Source: an uncultured Bacilli bacterium (GTDB taxonomy: Bacteria > Bacillota_I > Bacilli_A > RF39 > UBA660). Taken from it: a stretch of 64,000 bases of DNA. A program made the position numbers and the translations under genes. How positions within the stretch are numbered: position 1 is the stretch's first letter; every line of letters begins with the position of its first letter. Positions 10,015 through 17,219 of the stretch are shown piece after piece. The notes beneath the pieces were generated by a model that was not told the origin of the DNA, searched no databases, and was given only the letters and a program-made list of their open reading frames with translations. The stretch spans positions 10,060 through 74,059 of the forward strand of contig CAKOZV010000001.1 in NCBI GenBank assembly GCA_934131695.1, given 5' to 3'.

Positions 10015-10087
10015 CTGTGTGGCTCAGGAAAAAAATATAAAAATTGTTGTGGTAAATAAGCTCGCAAGTCTGCATAAAATAAGGAAT
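10015..10087 (+). repeat. Degenerate non-coding copy (copy 3) of the secA 3' end plus downstream sequence
   Basis: ctgtgtggctcaggaaaaaaatataaaaattgttgtggtaaataagctcgcaagtctgcataaaataaggaat aligns with secA 5240-5312 at roughly 85% identity, including the sequence after the stop codon. It would read CGSGKKYKNCCGK*. Confidence 0.8.
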
Positions 10088-10158
10088 GCTATCACAGAAA
10101 ATATGATAACATTTTTCTTTTGAAGATAGAATTATAAAATTTAAAGAAAATAATACTT

Positions 10159-10233
10159 ATGAATAAAGAAAAATTAATTTTACAACTTATAGAAGATAAT
10201 AATGGAGTTATTACAACTAAAAAAATTATCTAA
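10159..10233 (+). pseudogene. Possible N-terminal remnant of an AbiEi-type antitoxin/HTH gene
   Basis: The 24-codon ORF MNKEKLILQLIEDNNGVITTKKII* resembles, from memory, the start of AbiEi_4-type proteins. It then stops abruptly. Confidence 0.25.
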
Positions 10234-10375
10234 AATGATATTAACATAGTGCTTTGACTTGTGTTTATTTCAAAACTTGTTCACAAAAATTAAAATTATG
10301 TAGTAAAATAAAGGTGTGAACAATAAATATATTTGTTAATATCTTTTAAAATCTAAGTAGGAATGAGAAAAAAGA

Positions 10376-10780
10376 TTGAAAAAAGATTTAGTAACAGCAG
10401 AAATAATAGTTAAAGAAAATAAAGTAGGAATACTAAGAGTTGGAAATGTTAATTATATTTCTTTAATTGATTCAGTAAAGTATCAAAACTCAAATGAGCC
10501 ATCTTTTACAGTTAAAAACTGGTTAAGAAGAATAAATAATATTGATTATATTGGCCTATGGGAAGAAATTCATAATCAGAATTTTAATTTGATCGAATTC
10601 GACCAAATTAAAACTGAGTATGGTAAAAATTCGTTTGCAATGTCACCAACGCAATGGATAAAAAGGACTAAAGCAATAGGAATAATTTCAAAAGGAGGGA
10701 GATATAGTATTGGAACTTATGCTCATCCAGATATTGTATTTGAATTAAATACAGGAGAACAAATTAAGTTTCAAAACTAA
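10376..10780 (+). pseudogene. KilA-N domain gene, 3'-truncated
   Basis: YISLIDSVKYQNSNEPSFTVKNWLRRINNIDYIGLWEEIHNQNFNLIEFD...AIGIISKGGRYSIGTYAHPDIVFE matches the KilA-N DNA-binding family pattern as I recall it. Full-length members continue for about 130 more residues, but here the frame runs into direct repeat A and ends (..NTGEQIKFQN*). TTG start with a weak RBS. Confidence 0.5.
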
Positions 10781-10822
10781 AGGAGAAAGAGAAAAATGAA
10801 AGTTCAAAAAATAATATATAAT
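10751..10822 (+). repeat. Direct repeat A (about 72 bp), partner at 11981-12052
   Basis: aaatacaggagaacaaattaagtttcaaaactaaaggagaaagagaaaaatgaaagttcaaaaaataat matches aaataaaggagaacaaattaaattacaaaactaaagggtgagagaaaaatgaaagttcaaaaattaat at roughly 88% identity. Copy A includes a dead-end start, MKVQKIIYNGYLEV*. Confidence 0.8.
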
Positions 10823-10842
10823 GGATATTTGGAGGTATAGAA

Positions 10843-11412
10843 ATGAAAACAATAGCACTTGATTTGGATGGAGTTGTATTTGATTCTGAAAACTTATACA
10901 GGGTATATACAGAAATATATGATGTAGAAAAGAATGGAAAAGATAATATTATAGATAATACTCAGAGAATATTTCAAAAGAGATATAATTGGACTGAAGA
11001 AGAATTTAAGGAATTTTATAATACTAATGTGGAAAAAATATTAACTACAGCAAATTTCATGACTGGTGTTGCTATAGTATTAAATAAACTAAAAAATCAT
11101 TTTAAATTTATTGTAGTAACATCTAGAAATGATTTTGAGACTGAAATAGCAAGAGAAAAATTAAAAACTATTGGATTTGAAAATATTAAAATATTTAATA
11201 ATGAACATCATAAAATAGAGAAGTTATTAGAGGAACATGTTGATTATATAATTGATGATGACGATAATATTTGTATAAATGCAGCTGATAATGGAATATG
11301 TGCGTTGTATTTTAAAAATAATGCATCAAATAAAGTTAATAAAGAAAAAGTTATAAATGTAAATAACTGGGGAGAGATATATAAATACCTAATGTTAAAT
11401 GAAGGAGAGTAG
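10843..11412 (+). CDS. HAD-superfamily phosphatase, 5'(3')-deoxyribonucleotidase-like
   Basis: 189 aa. N-terminal HAD motif I ALDLDGVVFD, motif II VVTSR, C-terminal acidic DDDD motif. GGAGG RBS. The subfamily call is from memory only. Confidence 0.55.
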   Translation: MKTIALDLDGVVFDSENLYRVYTEIYDVEKNGKDNIIDNTQRIFQKRYNWTEEEFKEFYNTNVEKILTTANFMTGVAIVLNKLKNHFKFIVVTSRNDFETEIAREKLKTIGFENIKIFNNEHHKIEKLLEEHVDYIIDDDDNICINAADNGICALYFKNNASNKVNKEKVINVNNWGEIYKYLMLNEGE

Positions 11413-12010
11413 TATGAAATTAAAAAATATGAGAGAATATACTCATGAAGAATTTGTTAATCTAGTTTTAAGTTTAAGTGAAGAAGAACTATTAAATTTA
11501 AGTAAAAATTATGGAGGGTATCCAGTATTATTTAGGATGGCTTTAGATAGTAGAATCTGTCATATACCTTTTATACAAACTGGAGCTGCCATTGTTATTG
11601 AAAATGATAAAGGTGAAATACTACTTCAAGAAAGAACGGATAGAAATAAATGGGGACTACCAGGAGGATGCCAAGAGCTTGGAGAAGATTTAAGAGAAAC
11701 TGCAGTAAGAGAAGCTTATGAAGAAACAGGATTAAAAATAGAGGCAAATAGTATTATTCTAATAGATACATTATCTGGTAAATCAAGAAAGAATAGTTAT
11801 CCAAATGGAGATATAGTTTATAACAATACATCACTTTATTTAGCAAAAGTATCTAATATTGACGTTAATAATTTAAAAGGTGATTCTGAAACTAAAAGAT
11901 TAAAATTCTTTAAACCAGAGGAAGTACCTGAAAATTTAATGGATAAAGATTTAATTAATTTCTACTTAAATTATTTAAATAAAGGAGAACAAATTAAATT
12001 ACAAAACTAA
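11399..12010 (+). CDS. NUDIX hydrolase
   Basis: Canonical Nudix box GLPGGCQELGEDLRETAVREAYEETGL. The probable true start is ATG 11414 (MKLKNMREY), with an AAGGAGAG RBS. The last 8 codons lie in direct repeat B. Confidence 0.85.
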   Translation: MKESSMKLKNMREYTHEEFVNLVLSLSEEELLNLSKNYGGYPVLFRMALDSRICHIPFIQTGAAIVIENDKGEILLQERTDRNKWGLPGGCQELGEDLRETAVREAYEETGLKIEANSIILIDTLSGKSRKNSYPNGDIVYNNTSLYLAKVSNIDVNNLKGDSETKRLKFFKPEEVPENLMDKDLINFYLNYLNKGEQIKLQN

Positions 12011-12052
12011 AGGGTGAGAGAAAAATGAAAGTTCAAAAATTAATCAAAATGG
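11981..12052 (+). repeat. Direct repeat B, partner of 10751-10822
   Basis: See repeat A. It spans the NUDIX stop codon, the RBS and the first 9 codons of the 12025 membrane gene. Confidence 0.8.
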
Positions 12053-12855
12053 CTTATAAAGAAAATAAAAGAAGTTCTCTAGCTATATATTTAATATTGA
12101 GATTTTTAGTTATATTATGTATGGTTCTTCAACTTATAAGAGGAGATTTAAATAATGCTTTATTATGTTTATTATCATTAATACTATTATTTGCACCATT
12201 ATTTATTCAAAATAAATTTGAAATAACTTTGCCAGATGGATTAGAAATAGCTATATACCTATTTATATTTTCTGCTGAAATATTAGGCGAAATTAACAAT
12301 TTCTATGGAATAATTCCTTATTGGGATACAATGTTACATACAATTAATGGATTTTTAGCGACAGCTGTTGGTTTTTCCTTAGTAAATTTATTAAACAATA
12401 ATAGTACACATATTAATTTATCACCATTTTATTTGTGCTTAGTAGCTTTTTGTTTTTCTATGACGATAGGAGTATTATGGGAATTTTTTGAATATGGAAG
12501 CGATAAAATATTAAAACTCGATATGCAAAAAGATACGATTGTACAAGAAATATCATCAGTAGCATTAAATCCTGATGGTAAAAATAAGCCAGTCATAATT
12601 GATAATATTGGAAAAACGGTTATTTATGATACTAAAGGAAATATAATCCAAACAATAGATAACGGTTATTTGGATATAGGTATAAATGATACTATGAAAG
12701 ATTTATTTGTTAATTTTGTTGGTGCTTTAGTATTTAGTTTCTTTGCTTACTTTGGCTTGAAACATAATGAAGATAATTTATTTATAAATAATTTTGTTCC
12801 AACAAAAGGTAAAAGAGAAATGGCAAAATCTGTAGCAAAATTTCTATCAAAATGA
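12025..12855 (+). CDS. Polytopic membrane protein of unknown function
   Basis: 276 aa with several long hydrophobic helices. RBS GGGTGAGAG. Ends just before IR-L. Confidence 0.6.
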   Translation: MKVQKLIKMAYKENKRSSLAIYLILRFLVILCMVLQLIRGDLNNALLCLLSLILLFAPLFIQNKFEITLPDGLEIAIYLFIFSAEILGEINNFYGIIPYWDTMLHTINGFLATAVGFSLVNLLNNNSTHINLSPFYLCLVAFCFSMTIGVLWEFFEYGSDKILKLDMQKDTIVQEISSVALNPDGKNKPVIIDNIGKTVIYDTKGNIIQTIDNGYLDIGINDTMKDLFVNFVGALVFSFFAYFGLKHNEDNLFINNFVPTKGKREMAKSVAKFLSK

Positions 12856-12868
12856 TATTTATAATAGG

Positions 12869-13002
12869 GGGGCTGTCGAGAAATTAGTAAGATAACTAAT
12901 TTACGATAATCCCCTTTTTTAATTTTCCTTTTAAAATAAAGAAATTAAATTATACAAAAAGAGGCTTTTGGCAAAATTATACAATTTTGCGACAGCCCCT
13001 TT
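12869..13002 (+). repeat. IR-L: 134-bp inverted repeat, left arm
   Basis: Its reverse complement matches 17021-17154 at 133/134 positions, by manual alignment. Internally it is two hairpins: ggggctgtcgagaaattagt...actaatttacgataatcccc+T6 and gaggcttttggcaaaatt...aattttgcgacagcccc+T5. Both ends carry the motif GGGGCTGTCGNNAAATT in inverted orientation. Confidence 0.9.
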
Positions 13003-13058
13003 TTATTTAAGAGTAGAATTATTATTATTTTTGTATATTATACTAATAGGAGGTTGTT

Positions 13059-14171
13059 ATGTACAATAATGATAATTTTGAGAAGTTAAAAAAAAGAATA
13101 GATAAATGTAGAAATTGTTATATTCAAGGACCAACAGGACCTAAAGGAGAAAAGGGAGATACTGGAGATAGAGGAATACAAGGACCTACTACTATAGAAG
13201 TAGGTATTACAGAAACAGTAGAGTCACATCAAGAAGCTAAAGTAGAAAATATTGGTACCAATGAAGATGTAGTTTTAAGATTTAGAATACCAAAAGGGGA
13301 GCAAGGGATAGAGGGAAAAATAGGACCCCAAGGAATTCCCGGACCTAAAGGAGATAAAGGAGATATTGGACCCCAAGGAATAAAAGGTGAAAAAGGAGAT
13401 CAAGGACCAGCCACTATTCAAATTGGAAATGTTGAAACAGTTGATCCGACAAAAGATGCTGAAGTTGTAAATACTGGTACACCTGTTGATGTAGTTTTAG
13501 ATTTTAAAATACCAAAGGGAGAGAAAGGCGACCAAGGAGAAATGGGACCTAGGGGATTACCAGGAGAAATAGGAAGAACAGAACATATAGCTATTGATGA
13601 GACAGAAACTTTAGAACCAGGTGAACCAGCTCAAGTTATGGATACTTTTGAAAACTGGGTACATCATTTAGCATTTTTAATTCCAAAAGGTGAAAAAGGT
13701 GCTACGGGAGAAAGAGGTCCACAAGGACCAGCCGGACCACCAGGAACAGAATTTGTATCTTCTTATGGGATTAGATATTCAATGTCTACTACTCCACTTG
13801 CTTTACTTCAAGGAACAGATAATATTATTCCTTTACCTGAAAAAGGAGCAGCTTTTCTTACCGAATATCCAGATGGTAATTCAATTAAAATAAAAGAAAA
13901 TGGAGTTTATCTCATATCTTATTCATTATGTGGTGCTACCAATGAAGAATGTTCTTTAACTATGTCAGTAAGAGCTAATGATATATTACAACCAGCAACA
14001 AATCTTACTAGTGAGTTTCAAGCACAAATAATTAATTCTATAAGTTCATCTACCATTGTAGCACTAAGTAAAGATGATTTAATAACATTAAATGTAAAAC
14101 CATCTATGGCAGTTAACATAACGTTTAATGGAAGTACTAATGCGATATTAAGTGTTGTAAAAATACATTAA
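13059..14171 (+). CDS. Collagen-like triple-helix repeat protein with a C-terminal BclA/C1q-like globular domain
   Basis: Four Gly-X-Y blocks of about 7, 13, 7 and 7 triplets (GPTGPKGEKGDTGDRGIQGPT etc.). They alternate with three roughly 35-aa modules ending (F/L)xIPKGE(K/Q)G (TIEVGITETVESHQEAKVENIGTNEDVVLRFRIPKGEQG and variants). The C-terminal roughly 140 aa is beta-rich (ENGVYLISYSL...AILSVVKIH). AGGAGG RBS and no signal peptide. Confidence 0.85.
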   Translation: MYNNDNFEKLKKRIDKCRNCYIQGPTGPKGEKGDTGDRGIQGPTTIEVGITETVESHQEAKVENIGTNEDVVLRFRIPKGEQGIEGKIGPQGIPGPKGDKGDIGPQGIKGEKGDQGPATIQIGNVETVDPTKDAEVVNTGTPVDVVLDFKIPKGEKGDQGEMGPRGLPGEIGRTEHIAIDETETLEPGEPAQVMDTFENWVHHLAFLIPKGEKGATGERGPQGPAGPPGTEFVSSYGIRYSMSTTPLALLQGTDNIIPLPEKGAAFLTEYPDGNSIKIKENGVYLISYSLCGATNEECSLTMSVRANDILQPATNLTSEFQAQIINSISSSTIVALSKDDLITLNVKPSMAVNITFNGSTNAILSVVKIH

Positions 14172-14217
14172 AAGTAATGAAAATTGATTATTTCAAAATA
14201 CTTTTCCAGCATAATTT

Positions 14218-16095
14218 ATGGTAAAGGAAAGTGATAATATGGAAATAATTAATAATAATACAGTGGTAGTAACTAATAGTGAAGAATTAAAAGATGTACT
14301 AAGTAATACAAATGATTATAATTATGTATATTTAGGTAATGATATAACTTTAACGAGTGGATTTAAAATAAATGCTAATAAAACAAAAGTAACTATTGAT
14401 GGTACATATAATAATATTAAAGCAACCTATACAAATAATTTAACTGATAGTACAGATGTTATAACGGTTAGTACTACGAATAAAAGAATTATACTTAAAA
14501 ATATGAATATAGTTAGTTCCCATACCTATAGCGTAGTTTATGTACCATCTCATCCTAATTATTCTAACTTAACTGTTGAGTATAATAATATTAATTTTAA
14601 TGGTATAGAACTATCTAATAATTACTATGGTTCAACAAAGATTATGGATTCTATTATAACTGTCAGTGATACAAATGGTGTAACTGCTCAAAAAGTATGT
14701 GATTCTAATAGAATAATAATAGGTGGAAATACAACAATTACAAGTAATTCCACTACCAACACAGTATTCTTCTTTAATGATGTAATACCATCTTATATTA
14801 AAATAGTACCCAATAGTAATGTAAATATCACAACTAATAAAGAATTAATGAATGGTACTAATCGACTTGATTTAATAGTAGGACATGGAGCAGAATTCCT
14901 TTTAACTACTGGAAATGGTTTTGCTATCACAACAACACATGGAGCTAGGAATGTCATAATTGAACAAATGGCTAATTTTACTTTTATAGAAAAGAGCCAT
15001 CAACGAGTCCCTATGTGGAATGTATTTGGTGATTTTAAAGTTTTAGAAGGAGCTAGTATATCAGTACTAAATACTTATATGACTACTCCAACTGATAATT
15101 ATAATATCTATTTTAAAGGTACAAACCAAAAATTTATATTAGATAATCCTAAATATGTGAATATCTATACTAAAAATGCCAATGTAGTATATGCCAATAA
15201 TTCTGTTGATTTTTCCTTTAAATTTTCAAGGATTAATATGTGGATTTATGCTCTAGATTATACAAGTGCTTGTACACTAGATGACCAACCTGCATTTTTC
15301 TGGTATAAAGAAAATACTCCTGCTGAAATAACTGGCTCTTTTAGTAAAGATACTACTACAGTTACATCTCACAATTTTACAGATAGTGAATTAAGCTCAA
15401 TATCAGATATAACTAGTTTTAAATTTCAAGGTATAAAGATATTAACTTTAGGACAATTAAAAACTAATGTACATCCAGTCCTCAATTCTACCAATACCAT
15501 ATCAGGTCATACCACACCATATGCTAATGTAAAAATAGAATATGATAGTAAAAACTTACTAGCAACTGCTGATGAAAATGGTTTATTTGAAGCTGATCTT
15601 GATACTACTATTCCTGATAATACAAGAATTAAAATAATATCTTGTTTAAATAGTTGTTATACCGAAAGAAAAGTGACAGTACCATTTAGTGGAGAATTAA
15701 CCCTTTTAAGAGTAACAGAGAATATTCCTTTTAGTATGAATCCGTCATCTATTAAACCACTTATTTTACCTAAAAAGAATCAAACAATAGTAACAGTAGT
15801 TGATAGTAGAATAAATAGTAGTAAGTGGAAACTATATTTAAACTATACAAATCCAATGATAGAAAAAGAGGGAAAAGTATTAATAGATTCATTAGTCTTT
15901 AAAAAGTTTGATAATGAGGAGATTATTTTAAAGACTAATAAGAAACTAATATATGAATCAAGTGATAATGGTGGAAATATAAGTGTAAGTAATGTTACTT
16001 TTTCTACGGATAAAGGATTATTACTTAAACCGAGTAAAGATTTATTAGAAGATGAGGATTATTCTACATTAATAATTTGGAGTGTAGAGGAGTAA
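14218..16095 (+). CDS. Large Asn/Thr-rich protein, probable right-handed beta-helix (adhesin or pectate-lyase-like fold)
   Basis: 625 aa. The likely start is ATG 14239 (MEIINNNTVVVTNSEELKDVL). Repetitive N/T/I/V-rich strand pattern (NITLTSGFKINANKTKVTIDGT...). No signal peptide. The fold is an inference only. Confidence 0.45.
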   Translation: MVKESDNMEIINNNTVVVTNSEELKDVLSNTNDYNYVYLGNDITLTSGFKINANKTKVTIDGTYNNIKATYTNNLTDSTDVITVSTTNKRIILKNMNIVSSHTYSVVYVPSHPNYSNLTVEYNNINFNGIELSNNYYGSTKIMDSIITVSDTNGVTAQKVCDSNRIIIGGNTTITSNSTTNTVFFFNDVIPSYIKIVPNSNVNITTNKELMNGTNRLDLIVGHGAEFLLTTGNGFAITTTHGARNVIIEQMANFTFIEKSHQRVPMWNVFGDFKVLEGASISVLNTYMTTPTDNYNIYFKGTNQKFILDNPKYVNIYTKNANVVYANNSVDFSFKFSRINMWIYALDYTSACTLDDQPAFFWYKENTPAEITGSFSKDTTTVTSHNFTDSELSSISDITSFKFQGIKILTLGQLKTNVHPVLNSTNTISGHTTPYANVKIEYDSKNLLATADENGLFEADLDTTIPDNTRIKIISCLNSCYTERKVTVPFSGELTLLRVTENIPFSMNPSSIKPLILPKKNQTIVTVVDSRINSSKWKLYLNYTNPMIEKEGKVLIDSLVFKKFDNEEIILKTNKKLIYESSDNGGNISVSNVTFSTDKGLLLKPSKDLLEDEDYSTLIIWSVEE

Positions 16096-16149
16096 TGCTT
16101 TTTCCAAATATTAAATTGATTCATAAAATATTGCGTAATGAGGTGAAAT

Positions 16150-16491
16150 ATGAAAAATGATTATATTTATATTAAACTTTATAATAATAAAGAAGTAAAA
16201 TTAAATGTTAAATTAAAGGATAAATGTAATAAGGTGGTTTTTGAAGGTAAAACTGATAATTTAGGAAGAATTAAAATACCAATATGTAACAATGAACTTT
16301 ATAATCTAATAATATATTCTAATTTAACAGTTATCAAAGTATCTTTAATCGCTAAAAAGAATAGAGTCTATCATATAAATATTAATAATAAAAGCAATGG
16401 TAAACTCATTACAATTTTACTAATGGATAAGAATTATCCTAATATAAAAATAGAAGGAGGTAAAATGACATTATGGCAAGACAGACAATAA
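16150..16491 (+). CDS. Small protein with a carboxypeptidase-regulatory/prealbumin-like beta-sandwich signature
   Basis: 113 aa. KVVFEGKTDNLGRIKIP resembles the CarboxypepD_reg-type motif. GAGGTGA RBS. Confidence 0.4.
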   Translation: MKNDYIYIKLYNNKEVKLNVKLKDKCNKVVFEGKTDNLGRIKIPICNNELYNLIIYSNLTVIKVSLIAKKNRVYHININNKSNGKLITILLMDKNYPNIKIEGGKMTLWQDRQ

Positions 16492-17018
16492 ACATAACAA
16501 ATGGTAAAGGAAGTATTGAGTTAGTTAATGGAAATTATAATGCTACAGCAGTAGTTGGAGGATATGATTCTTCAACTCTTACTCCAACTAGTGTAAATGT
16601 GGTAGATGGTGTTGATACATATGCTTTTACTATAAGTGCTACAGGAACTTTAACTCTTCATGTGACTGATACAGGTGATCCTGATACTGGTGTTGATATT
16701 GTTGGTGCAAAGTTTATAAGAACTGATAGTACAGGGGCAATAGTTGGAACAGAAGCTGTTACTAATCAAGATGGTAATGCCGTATTTAATAATGTTCCTT
16801 TCGCTGCAACTGGAAGTAATCCAATATATTACAAACAAATAGCAGGAGATGGAGGACATACATTTGATGATGGTGTTAAATCAATTACTATGACTGTAGA
16901 AACCCAAACTGTAGAAATAACAAATCCTCAAGCTCCACTTAGAAACTTTACATTAATGGATGAAAGCTATCCAAATATACCAATTATAGATGGACAAATA
17001 ATACTTCAAGATAATTAA
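16473..17018 (+). CDS. Ig-like/prealbumin-fold (Cna-B/SdrD-B-like) protein
   Basis: 181 aa. LTLHVTDTGDPDTGVDIVGAKFIRTDSTGAIVGTEAVTNQDGNAVFNNVPF is typical of Cna-B/SpaA-type beta-sandwich repeats. Overlaps the previous ORF by 19 nt. No signal peptide. Confidence 0.45.
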   Translation: MARQTINITNGKGSIELVNGNYNATAVVGGYDSSTLTPTSVNVVDGVDTYAFTISATGTLTLHVTDTGDPDTGVDIVGAKFIRTDSTGAIVGTEAVTNQDGNAVFNNVPFAATGSNPIYYKQIAGDGGHTFDDGVKSITMTVETQTVEITNPQAPLRNFTLMDESYPNIPIIDGQIILQDN

Positions 17019-17020
17019 TG

Positions 17021-17154
17021 AAAGGGGCTGTCGCAAAATTGTATAATTTTGCCAAAAGCCTCTTTTTGTATAATTTAATTTCTTTATTTTAAAAGGAAAA
17101 TTAAAAAAGGGGATTATCGTAAATTAGTTAGCTTACTAATTTCTCGACAGCCCC
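17021..17154 (-). repeat. IR-R: 134-bp inverted repeat, right arm
   Basis: Reverse complement of 12869-13002 with one mismatch (IR-L aagAtaac versus aagCtaac). Starts 2 nt after the stop codon of the 16473 gene and ends 7 nt before the jet promoter -35. Confidence 0.9.
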
Positions 17155-17161
17155 TTTTTTG

Positions 17162-17190
17162 TTTACAAGTAGCTACTCATATGTTAAAAT
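17162..17190 (+). promoter_or_regulatory. Candidate sigma-A promoter of the jet operon
   Basis: TTTACA (17162-17167), 17-bp spacer, TAAAAT (17185-17190) preceded by TGT (extended -10). Lies 30 nt upstream of jetA. Confidence 0.45.
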
Positions 17191-17219
17191 AACGAAGAAA
17201 AGAAGAAAGCAGGTAGTTT

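Noticed and set aside
13690-13893. A 67-aa + strand ORF in an alternative frame of the collagen-like gene.
   Set aside because: It is entirely nested in the collagen-like CDS, whose Gly-X-Y periodicity identifies the true frame. It has no RBS.
12869-17154. Reading the 134-bp inverted repeats as a classical promoter-inversion (fim-like) phase switch.
   Set aside because: The cassette's own putative promoter and RBS region (13003-13058) lies inside the repeats and would invert with the genes. The jet promoter lies outside IR-R. Inversion would therefore not obviously switch any gene on or off. Inversion or mobility of the whole cassette remains possible and is reported as a finding.
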